Shown: positions 12,647-24,872 of the stretch, piece after piece
Layout of the letters: the number at the start of each line of letters is the position of its first letter
Numbering within the stretch: the first letter of the stretch is position 1
The notes under the pieces: model-generated
Database searches by the model: none
What the model was told of the DNA's origin: nothing
Seen by the model: only the letters and a program-made list of their open reading frames with translations
NCBI GenBank assembly: GCA_051294375.1
Contig: CM119266.1
Location: 4,230,931-4,294,930, forward strand
Length of the DNA stretch: 64,000 nt
DNA from: Paraspadella gotoi
Taxonomy: Eukaryota > Animalia > Chaetognatha
Direction: 5' to 3'
Translations under genes and position numbers: made by a program

Positions 12647-15392
12647 TTTTAATTTTGAAATTGAATTTTATAAAGAAAAAAAGGAAAAGTTTTTAAAAAT
12701 ATTCAATTATTAATATATTGGTTTATTCGTGGCGCCATCCAAATTAATCATTAGTCGTTCGATTTAGAATCGTTAAACGAAAGCAGCTCGAAAAAGATTT
12801 CACAGAATCTTCTTCGGTCCCAAGAGTGAAACCAGTGTGAAACCAGTGCTCGTGTTGTGATTAAATCAGCTCGAACTCGAGGCCTTGCAGATCTCGCTTC
12901 GGGTTTCCATTTGAGGCATTTTTATTTTAAATTGATTTTTTTGGGATAAGATGATATTGTAAATAGCGTTTATTTATTTTAAGTGAGCGTGTTACGAAAA
13001 AGTTGACTTAAATGATGGGATTTCTAAATAACTATTATTACTAAATAAGTTTATGATGCTAAATACCATTTGTTTACCTATATATTCTGTCTAATACTTT
13101 CCGAAAGGTGTCAGAGCGACTGCATTAAAAAACAAAAGATCCAATAAGTCAAAATACAACTTTTTTACTTACTATAATTAGCTACTTCTTAGTAGCATGA
13201 TAGATCGGAAATTCTCAAAAATTTATCCCTATTTTTAGTATCTGTCAGGCTTGTGATGTTTCTCTTAAAAGTAGTGAAATTATATTTAGGCATATTTATG
13301 ATCAATATTTGGCATAGTTGGTAGTTTGTTCAAATAACTCAATTGAGAGAAAATTGAAAAAATAAAATAATTCATATATTCACCACCGATCAGTCCTAAC
13401 TCTAAAATGTTCACAAATTTCTTCTTTAAATTCAGAAACCTAGAAAGGTTAAAAAAAATTAAAAAGAGTAATTCACGATTTGCTGTTAGAAGTTTTTTTT
13501 TGTTCGAAAGATAAGAAAAAAACGACTCAACGGTTTCCTCGTTTTTCTTTTCTGTTAAAAAAAAACAAACTTCCTTATTTGTTTTTTTTTTTTAAAGAGA
13601 GAGAATGTTTAATTTTTTAAACGAGCGAAACGGACTTTGTTTAACATTTCGTATGTTTAGACAAACTTTCTCCTTCCTTCAGTTGATGATTCAATAATCC
13701 TCGATCTTTTCTCTTTTATTCTCATCTTCTTCTTCCTCCTCCTCCTCCTCCTCCTCCTCCTCAACTGCCTCTGCTTTTCCTCTGGAGACTCAAACCGCCA
13801 AATTCAAAAACTTACTTTCGTTTTTTTTAAATCGCTCTTTAAACAATTCACGATTTAACGATCCTTTTTTTCTGGGTAAGTTATATCTAATTTAAACCAA
13901 CGCTTTGACATTGTGAGCAAAAAACGTTTTTGAAAACTATTTGTAAATTTTTTTGGGTTATTTGATTTTTTTAAATAGAATTGTTTACGTTTCTGCAAAT
14001 GATTTTTTCGTCATCATCACCTTTGTTTGACGAATGAATCAAGTAAATATTCAACTTTAAAATTGAATCTGATCAAAAAAAGTCAAAAATTGAAAAAAAA
14101 GACAAAAAATAAGAAATTTAAACTTTAAAAACCAAATAAATAAAATTGTAACCATAAAATTTATGTTTCAAATGCCAAATGCATCTTCTATGTGATTTCC
14201 GAATCAACAGTTTGATTTTATTTTACTAATTTCTTAAATTACATTCGGAACATGCAATAAAAAATTATAAAGACGAATTTAAAACCACAAATTTGTCAAT
14301 ATTTTTTTTTCATCGCTCGGGATGATGATGATTTTTAAAACGATCCTCAGTATTGAGTATTGATCTTACTTCTTACTTCCTTTCAAGTATTACGGTGCGA
14401 TCAGAACCAGTTTAATTTAAATGATCAAACGTTATGCTTTCAGCTTTTTACCCCCCTGGTCACTTGGTCCCCTTAAGTTCAGGCTTTGTCATTAAATTGT
14501 AAGAGGGACGAAAACTTTAACCCGTCCAGTATTCACTGTCCAGTCTTTAGGCAAGATATCTTGTTTAAGTTAGTGTAAACAATTTCATATAAAAGTCAAA
14601 TTTTCTTTGGAGCACTTTAAACTAATCAGGTGTCAAATCGGCATAAAATCCAGACTACACAAACCAGCAGCTTTCCACTTTCTTTCCTCTTCATCGATCG
14701 ATTCTCATAAAAAAGTTTTATTTTCTAAATAAAAATCAATAAAAATCCTCTTTCGCTATAAAACTCGCATTTTTATATTCATTCTTCGATGATATGTCGT
14801 TAATACGGTAGTTTCATGTTCGTCCTTTAGTTTAAGCCGTTTTTTCGATTATTAGTTGGCTCTGGGTCTCGGTAAAAAAGATAAAAAAATACATTGTATT
14901 ACTAATATTACTATATTCAGCGTCGTCGTCTTCGTTCGTGATATCCTGTCGGAATTTCCATCTTCCTCTCCAGACTTTAAAAAAAAAAAAAAAAAATTCC
15001 CACCTCTGACCCAAAAATAAAAATCTCTCATTCCTTCGGACGCCGCAAAATCGGAAGCGTAACCCGCATTTTTGACGCCCGCCTCGGTTGTCGTCGCGTG
15101 ACGCCGGAGATCGCGACGCTTCGTCCGCCGATCGAAGGGGGGCGCGGTGCCCTTCCTGATCTCCGCGGCGTCAAAATCAGCGCCGCGATGGAATCGGAAT
15201 GCGGAACGCGTCGTCGGAATTGGAGGGTCGGAACCGGCGTCGGGGCGTCGAATTCTTTAGATTCTTCGAATTTTTTCTCGGATTTTTTGTTTTGAAAAAA
15301 TAGTAAACGGTAACGAAGGGATCCATGTCGCTCAACAGGTGACGCTCGCCGGAACTCGACGCTTCCGAGGATCCCCGCCTCCGAAAACAAAG

Positions 15393-15566
15393 CCAATCAG
15401 GGACGAGGAGGGAAGAACTCGTCCAATCAGCGAACGCGTTTATGGGCTGACCAATCGCTGAGCGAGATACCGACGATTTTTTTGCTGACCAATGAGAGCA
15501 CGAGTTTAGAACCCGATATAAGAGATCGGCGGGAGGGGAGGCGATCCATTTATGATCAGATTCAAA
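15393..15566 (+). promoter_or_regulatory. Multi-CCAAT promoter with TATA-like and CHR-like elements
   Basis: CCAAT at 15393, 15423, 15451, 15489; TATAAGA at 15517; TTCAAA (reverse of TTTGAA) at 15561; beside a CpG-rich tract 15030-15390. The target gene was not identified. Confidence 0.6.
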
Positions 15567-15958
15567 TCAGCGTCAAATTGATCTCAACTTTTCGGGGGAA
15601 AACATTTAAAAAAAAAATTTTTTTCTAAATTTAAACCGGCAAAAAAATATTTTCGCGGTTTTACGCTAAACTTCAAAGAGTCTCGTCCGGGATTTCGTGC
15701 TTTTTCTCTGCAGTTGGGGACACAAGATGACATCGGCTCTGATTTTCGAAGATGACGACGACGACAACGACGACGACAACGACGATTTAGGCTCGACTGG
15801 GTCTTAATGACCGTAGACCAACACTTTTTTCCCTTCCTTTTCAGTTGCGGCGAAACTAGGAGCTTTTTTCGTTCGATCTGTTTTAATATTACTTATAATT
15901 CGTATAGTACTGTATTACTTTAGTGAATATTCATTTGACGATATCATGAGATGAATTT

Positions 15959-16196
15959 TAAGCATATGTCTTAGTAGAAATTAGTTTGAGTTTATTTGCA
16001 ACAACGATTTTATTAGTACATAAGGACGTACATGTTTCGGCTTTAGTTTAATTCAATTCAAAAGAGAGAATTAAACTAAAGCCGAAACATGTACGTCCTT
16101 ATGTACTAATAAAATCGTTGTTGCAAATAAACTCAAACTTATTTCTACTAATCCAAACACAACGAAAAGAAAGGAAATTCGCTAAGCATATGTCTT
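15959..16196. repeat. Near-perfect 84-bp inverted repeat flanked by a 14-bp direct repeat
   Basis: Arms 15971-16054 and 16068-16151 (1 mismatch), 13-nt loop; TAAGCATATGTCTT at 15959-15972 and 16183-16196. Confidence 0.92.
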
Positions 16197-16524
16197 TTAA
16201 TTGTGTAGTCTCGTGATTTTTTTAAAAATTAAAGATGCACGAATTTTCTAATACAAATTTAATTTTTATAATATCTGGTCGATAGGATAGGATAGGATAG
16301 GATATTTAATGGTAATAATAATTATTGAATAATAATCTTTAATAATATTACAATGCTTATCATCGCAAAAAAAATAAAAAGCGTCACGGAAGCGCAACTG
16401 TTTGGAATCGTCATTCCTTTTTCTTTTTAACAAGATTTTAGTTTTTCCCTTACTCCTCATAATCAGTTCCGGGGAAAAGTTGGGAACGAGTAGGAAAATG
16501 TGTATGAGAGAGAGAGAGAGAGAG

Positions 16525-16563
<39 letters not shown>

Positions 16564-19514
16564 CCTGGACGGAAGGAAGAAAAGAGTCTGACGACTGGAG
16601 CAAGAGACAAACATTGGTTTAATTCATCCTGGCAGAACGAGGAGTCCAAATTTAATCCGGGATTTTTTTTTATCTCAACCTTAGTTGACATATGAATAAT
16701 TTCATACATTCGAATGCTAACTAAATGCGAAATTGGTCGGTCTGTCAGTCCTTCAAATAATCCACCAAAAAAAAGAAGATAAAATCAGACGTCTAAAAGA
16801 GCAATTCATTTTTTTACGACCGCTAACGAAATATCGTCTCTCTTTTTTTCATTTGACTAAAACCATAACTAAACCATTTCGAAAGATTTCAGATTGTATT
16901 AGAGAAAACGAGGCGACACTTTTCGTATTAATGGTAATCGTATTAGTTACTGTCGCCGTCATCGTCGTCATAATCGTCGTCGTCATAATCGTTAAATTTT
17001 AACTTCATTTCCTATTCTTAATATGTTAATCGCGACTGAAATTCATAAATAACTCAAGTTTTGTTATTCAAGATTAAATTTCGAGAAAATTCGATTCGAT
17101 AAAATACAAAGTTTCCTTTTCCGTCGTGAAAAAAAAATATCGTATTTTAATTCACATTACGAAATTACTTTTTCAAGGAATTAAAATATTGCCAAAAATA
17201 CGTAATCCACAACAATTTTGAAATTAAAATAACGAAATCTCAAAAGAAAAAGAACGTGCGCTTTTTTTTCGCTTTCTACTTCCTTTTTTTCAAACAACCT
17301 AAAAGTTTGCTTTGTTTTTTTTTTGCAATATTCTTCATAATTTGCTTTGTTTTTTTTGTTGCAATATTCTTCATAATAAACTTCCGGTGTCTTTCTACTT
17401 CTTTTCAAAGTTTACTCAACATTTTTTTCTAATCTTCTAAAGAGAAAAAAAAACTTTCAAGTAGAACCTAAGATTTCGTCTTTTCCTTTGGTTCATGGAT
17501 TAAAGAGAGAAAAAGGAAAACCTGGAAAAAAACAAGATCGGTCCATCCAATGTGTTGCGGCGCAATGATTTTGTTTTCACATTTATTTCCCTGTGATCAC
17601 ATGACTACATGAATCGGAAATTTATGTATTACAAACGTCTTTATATTGTATTGTATTATAATGTATTTATGACACGCACTGCATAGGAATTGTGTCTTTT
17701 ATTCCTTGTAGTTTTAGGATTTCCTAAAGGCGGCGCGAGCAGTCCCTTAGATTTGAGGTTTTTTCCTGTCTTAACAAATAAGTAACCAAATATAGGTTAG
17801 TTATGAGCATTTTTAAGGTAAGTGGGATAGACCGACGGATAGACATACCGACCGACCAACCAAAAATTGTTTTATAGAGTTGCTCCGCGAGTACTCGCTG
17901 CTCATCTAAAAAGTTCTCATTCGTGTTTGAGCGACTCGGAGCTTTTGCAAGACGACAACGACGACGACGACGACCTCGACGATTTCAACATAAAAGAAGA
18001 CTGCAACGATGACGACGACGACGAAGGCCGCGGTTGCACGGAATCCCCATTTGGTCAAAAAAAGGGACACAAAAAAATCCCCGCGGACTCAAAAGGCGGA
18101 TTTTGTGTTTGCAGAAAAGCGTCGATTTGAATTCCGTTACTTTTGATTATGTGATCATAACGATTAGTGTGTGGGGGGGAAGATTGACATGATCGGCTGT
18201 AATTGTTGTGAAACCTGACCTTGGTTTAATGTCAGTAATGACTTGGTTAAGGTGAGTCTCGTTGTTGTTGTTGTTGTTCTTGTCGCCACATGTAGTAATT
18301 AAAAGTTATAATCAAAGTATGCAATGGGATTTTTAAAAAAATGAATCTTAAAAACTAACTACTTTTTCGAGTCAAATAAAGTGAATTATTTAATTATTAA
18401 AGTAAAATATATAAAATAATAAATATAAACTAAGCTCTTTCATCGGACCCAAGCGATCGAAGAGGCCACAGGCAACTGACCAATCGTCTAGACCGGAAGT
18501 CAAACGTCCGGCGTTTCTCTCAAGGCCTTCGCTGCCGCCTCCGTCGCCGCTGCCGCCGCCGCCGTTTCGTGTCCGGCTGCCATCGGAGATTTCGTCCCGG
18601 GTAAAATTCCAAGTCTTTTCTCTCCAATCCTGATGTTCCAAGGGTCAACGACGACGACGACGACGACGACGACGAAACAGATGGTTTTCATCATTTTTTT
18701 CTTTAACTTTTTTATTTCTTTTTTTATGTTTTTTTTCTTGGATTGAAGCGTCTTTATATATTTATTTACCTCTGCTCTTGTCAATTGTGAAATTATTTTA
18801 TTTTCGGGTGTCACTTGGTATACTCCAATTGCTACATTCATAGCGGCGAAGGGGATTACAATCCATATAAACTAAAATAACTTCAAAGATTTTCTACAAT
18901 CAGTTTTTTAAAATATGTTTTCTTTTTTTTTGGTGCTTCCGCCCTGATGGATTTATGATATTAAAAAGGCTACAAACGGATGTGATATCTATCATAATCA
19001 TTTCAAATCAACATCGTGAACATCATCATCATCTCCAGACTGCGAAAAACAACCAACGGTTTTGAATATTACGTCGACAGTTACAACGCGATGTAAGTTT
19101 ACAATTCGCGGTTCAAACGAGCGATGATTGATTGTAACGCAGAAAAAAGAGGCAACCGCCAGTGATTTCGTGACTCAAGAGTTTTGTCGGTAAAACCGAC
19201 GTCGGTCTCGGCCGACGCTGGCGAATTAACGACGACATCTATTGAGAAAAAAAAAGAACCGACGAAAAGCGGACGAAAGATGGCGACAAAAATTGTGTCC
19301 ATAACACGATCGAGTTTAAATTCAGAAAACTCGTCCACCTGGCGGTGTATACAAAAATCAACGCCACTGGGTCTCTCTGTCTCCTTCTGGCGGAAAAGAA
19401 ATCATAATTCGAGAAAGAAGAAAGACAACCGAAAACAAGTGCTTAAACAAAAGGGCAACGCTTTTAGCGGAGAAACTATCAATAAAGAAATCGCCTCATC
19501 GATCAACAGAAATA

Positions 19515-19568
<54 letters not shown>

Positions 19569-22014
19569 GCCGGTATTTCTGTCGTCATGCATCGACTGGC
19601 GTCGATCGAAAGACTCAATCATTGCATTTTTTATCGACATCACGACAGACAAATTTGTCTTTGCGGTTTTAAATATTTTTTTTGGGTCTATTTATGGAAG
19701 AGAGACACGAAAAGAGATTTTAACTGATGGCGATAATCGTCGTTATTATCGTCGTGAAAACATCGTCGTTATCGTCGTCGTTATCGTCGTCGTCCTCGGA
19801 TTTAATCTCCGATAAAATTATGACTAAAATTTTTTTCCATTTTTAAATTTTTTTCATATTTTTTTTTTTATGATTCGTGCTACGAAACATCTGGTACGAT
19901 TTTTACGTCAACTTTTTGTTAAAAGTTAAATCACAAAATCTTACATCATCACGAATACAAAGTAGGAGGCTCTCGGTTCAACGACATCGCATGCTTGGTG
20001 AATGTAAGGTTGTATCTTTTACATTCGTCTCATGCTTGGTAAATAAACTCAATCTTTTAACTTTAACGCCATCTAGAACTGAACTAAAAAAAAAAAACCA
20101 GGATTCTGCCCAATTTAACTGAAATTAAAACAAATCTTTTTTCCAAGAGCCATAAATCTACTTTTCTCCCTTTTCTTCAGCCCTACTTTAGACTGAGAAT
20201 CGATAACCCTTAACACAGGCCTTACCTTTCGTACTTGCGATGCGTCCGCCGCATGCGAACCTTCGTGTATCGCGAAAAACGGATTAGACCAAAATTTTCA
20301 TTTTTTTTTCGAGGACAAACGAGACAAGAATTGAAACAACCTTAACTCATCATTATTACTACAAGCAAAAGAAACTTTTAATTATAAATTTACTTACAAA
20401 TATACATTTTGTTTGTTTATTCGTATAAATTTATACGCACATTTTTCCCCGTTTTCTTTTTTTCTTCATTCTTTTTTCAAATTACATCAACTCATCTTTT
20501 CAAATTGCTCAGTCAAAATCTCACACGCGACGCTTCTCCAAAGAAAAAAAAAAAAACTCCCATTCGTGAAAACCTTAAGTGCGAAAAACCAAAATGTCAA
20601 AAAAAAAAAAAAATGTTTTCTAAATTTGGGCGGGTTCGTTAAGTCGCGTGACAGTTTTACCTAAAATAAAGTTGTTATTTTGGGTTTGACAAAGTGGGAC
20701 TCAATTCATAGGCAACTCGCGAGTATTGTCGTTTCTTTTCTTGATCTTTCTCTCTCTGTCTCGCTTTCTCTCTGGCTCTCTCTCTCTCTCTTTCTTCTCT
20801 TTCTCTGTTTTTCACTTTTCACAAATCTTGAGTCTTTCCTATTCAGTCTTCACTTTCTCTTTTCTTATCACATTTTTATAATTAATGGGTGCTACTTGTC
20901 ATCCAGCCGATTCTCAAATGTCTGATATGAAGGCGTTTTGAAAAAAACCCCAAGCATGCTAACTTGGATACACGATGAAAAAAGAAAAATACTCCACTGA
21001 GCATCTTGACATCGGCGCTATGGTTATGACTGCGATCAACTGAGATGCAATAAACTTATTAGTTATTTTGGAAATATTTGTATATTCTATTATGAGAGAA
21101 TCTTTAAGATTTGTTTAAATTAAATTAAATTTGTTTCAATTACTATAATAAAAAATTATATTTGCCCGAACTAATATTACACAGTATTATATAAAAAAAT
21201 CAAACTATTTATCATTAATATCATCGCCAACTATTTTATATTAGATTAAAGGATCACGGAGTCTCACTTTTTAATAAAATGAATAAAAGACTAAAAGTAT
21301 TACAAGTAAAGTAAAATATGTGAGCAATGAAGCTTTCACCCACTACAACCTGTTCTCAGTATAAGGAAAGATAGCTTGCTTATCATATGAATAAATAAGT
21401 TAATGTTGATTATCTTGGTTTAAATTTTCATATTCCAAAAAACTGATATCACAAACTAATTCTCTGAAGTCGCCGGACGCGATCCCCCCCCCCAAAAAAA
21501 AACCCTTCGATCCATTTTTTTTTCTATCTCCAAAAAAAAAAAAAGAAAAAGAGGACTGCATCTTTGACGATCGAGTCGCGTGCCTTTCTGGGTTGAGGAC
21601 TTTTTTCTGGGGCGCGATCCCTGGCATGTCGCCCCCATGAGGAGAGGGCTTAAAGGGGGGAGGCGATCATCTTCCTCTTCCTCCTCCGCTTTAAAAACAC
21701 CGGCCGCTTCCTCCTCCTTCCGCGTGTTCTGCTTTTTAAAATTATTAGTATTACTATAAAAATATGTTATTCGGAATTATATTATTCCCTTATTCTGGGT
21801 CCATGAGGTAATCTAATATTTTATCAAAATATGAAAAAATGGAGTAAAGACAAACGAGTAAATTGATGACCACAAATTTGCAACTTGAATCTTGATCCAC
21901 ACAAAATTTCAGTCGAAATGACAAATCGACTTTAAGATTAATAAATCCAAGTCTTTTAATAATTTCAAAAACGCAAAAGGCCGTTCCATCCTTCGTGTCT
22001 CCACACGGCGACAA

Positions 22015-22360
22015 TTTCCCACACAAGTCCATCTCCCCACACAGAGAGAATTCACCACACAACCACAAATCCATCTTCCCAATAAAAAGAGACATTTCCT
22101 CAAAAAACCACAAGTACAACTCCCCACACAGAGATAATTCCGCACCCAGCCATAAATCCATCTCCCCACACAGCCACAAATCCATCTCCACACACAGCCA
22201 CAAATCCATCTCCCCACACAGCCACAAATCCATTTCCCCACTTAGCCACAAATCCATCTCCCCACACATCCACAAATCCATCTCACCACAAAGCCTTAAT
22301 TCTATCTCCCCACAGAGCAACAAATGCGTCTCCCCACACACAACCACATCTCCCCACACA
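22015..22360. repeat. 21-bp minisatellite (CACACAGCCACAAATCCATCTCCC-like)
   Basis: Tandem 21-mers translate as SPHSHKSI (+) or MDLWLCGE (-) heptad repeats. Confidence 0.8.
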
Positions 22361-23172
22361 AAGGCCTCCGAACGTTCATTTCCCCTATATCAGTTTTTAT
22401 GACAATTCTTCACTGCGGGTGACGTAGCTTCGTCTTTTCAACTTTTGGTTTGAATTCGAGACTCATCTTGTTTTTTGGTACAATTTCATAAATCATAGGC
22501 GTCGAGAATTGACTTTCAAAATAAGTAATATCATAAATTATATACGCTTTTTTTTTTCCTCTCGAACGTGCTGGAAGAGACCAGAAGGGTTTTAAATTCG
22601 TCTCTGTCTCTGTCTCTGTCTCGTGGCGAAACTTAACGAATCACAATTGATCCAATTATATCAGAGCAACACTTGATTCTTTTTTCCTAAGAGAAAAACT
22701 TCCGTTAGAATTTGGGATATTTTTTTTAGTCTCAACAACGAAAACCGTTGGGTCGTTAAATTTAAAAAAAAATTAAATAAAATAAAAGTTCAATTAACTT
22801 TTTTTTTCTCCTCTCTCACTCTCTCTCTCTCTCTTTGTTTTCTCCGTGCGACGGCAAATTAAACGGGGGGGTATTCACCGTTTTCGAGCGAAATTTAAAT
22901 TCTAACTGCGATTAACCGACCAATTAACCGTCTTTTTTCAATTAACCGACCAATTAACCGTCTTTTTCAATTAACCTCCGCTCCGTTAATTGGCCCGTCG
23001 CGAGCATAATAAATATACTAGAATCATCGAGAAGTTTCTCGCTAATTCACCTTTCTTCTCCTTTTCTCTCTTCTTTCGTCATTTCCTCGCTTTGTCATTC
23101 ACTCTTTGTTCTTTTCTCTTTATCATTTGCGAGAAATACTCTCTTTTTCTCTCTAGTTTAGCATTTGCGAGA

Positions 23173-23223
<51 letters not shown>

Positions 23224-23624
23224 TGCATTTCTGGAACCTTTCCCTTTTTTGGAAAAACCATTTTTTCTTATTTAGTAAATATCTAAATGACTTACCTTTT
23301 AATTATCTCTTCTCTCCCATTGACTCATTTTCATTTCTATAACGAACCGGTTTTCCTCTATTTTTAAAAATATCAAATATCTTAATCATCCTCATTTATT
23401 TTCAGATTACGAATAATTCAAAAAGACGATGACGAAGTCAAAAACTTCAAACTGGAACCTGAAACGATGAAGACGACGACGACGACGAAACCACTCTTCC
23501 AGAACTTGGTCGAGCCTTCAAACAAGAGGCAGGAATAAGCCAAGCCTCTCAAAACGACTTCGAAAGAAATCTCACGATAATCAAAATTGGAATAATTTAA
23601 TAAAACATTGAAATAAACGAGAAA

Positions 23625-24702
23625 ATGCCCAACAAACTAAAGATCGGTCGGCCCTCGTTGCTTGGCAACCCGAACACTTACAAGTACATGAAGAAACTCG
23701 GGGAAGGAGGCTTCGGTTATGTCTATTTGGCGCAGGACAAAGATTACGAAAGATTCGTTGCTGTGAAGGAGATGAAGATTAATGCTCAGGACATAGAGAG
23801 CACGGAGAAGGAAATTAAGGCGTGAGTGAGAGAGAGAGAGATAAATGCTCAGGACATAGAGAGCACGGAGAAGGAAATTAAGGGTGAGTGTGTGTGAGAG
23901 AGGAGAGAGAGAGAGAGAGAGGAGGCATATTGGTTGACTTTCCCTCCCACTATCTCGACGCTGATTGGTCCAGCCGCGACTTTCCTCGGCGGCGGAGTAA
24001 GTCCGCTCCTGGTTCGCTCGTCTTCGCCGCGAAGGAAGAGGATTCTCTTCCTTCTCTCTCTGTTTTCGCTCCTCTTTCGATCCTCATTCGCGGGTCTAAC
24101 TCTCGATTTTCTGGAGAAATTTATGATTTCTCGTGAGAAATTCACACAAAAGTTTCTTCAATAATGTCCATCCAGACTGCTTTTATACAGTGTGTCCCAA
24201 TGGTACTGTCTGTTAAGAAAAGCCTACTGATCCTAAACCAGATCTAAAAACTTTAATTCATTATAATGAATATGCGCACAAGTATAGACCATTTTATTTT
24301 TATTTTTCAAGCATGATAAAATATGACAAAAAATATATTACAACTATAAATATAAAATTAGTACAACCAATATAAAAATTATCAATTCATTTGATAAATC
24401 TTATAATAACTTTGTTATTTTGATTAATAAATGAAATTATTGTAAAAGAGTGAAAAGCAAAAACTAAGAGAAACTTTAGGAGAGAGAGAGAAAAAGAGCC
24501 TGAGCGGTATTTTCGCGAGTCTTTCGCACCCTAGACCCGCGACGATCGCCCGTCGGTAGAGAAAGGAAGAGGATCTCGCTCATTTTTCGAGAGTCACCGA
24601 TGCGGATGACCTCCGACCTTCGCCCGGAGGTAAGAGAGAGACAGCGGACAGAGAGGGAAGCCTTTTGGTCGTCTCGCGGCTCGGTCGATGGTCGACCAAC
24701 CC

Positions 24703-24749
<47 letters not shown>

Positions 24750-24793
24750 CTCAGGACATAGAGAGCACGGAGAAGGAAATTAAGGGTGAGTGT

Positions 24794-24872
<79 letters not shown>

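Noticed and set aside
16055-16067. Hairpin loop resembling the synthetic shRNA loop TTCAAGAGA
   Set aside because: Imperfect match, 84-bp arms and no vector sequence, so coincidental.
17867-19815. Asp-rich and Val/Ile-rich short ORFs
   Set aside because: They derive from (GAC)n/(GTC)n triplet tracts common in this genome; no domain or consistent exon chain was found.
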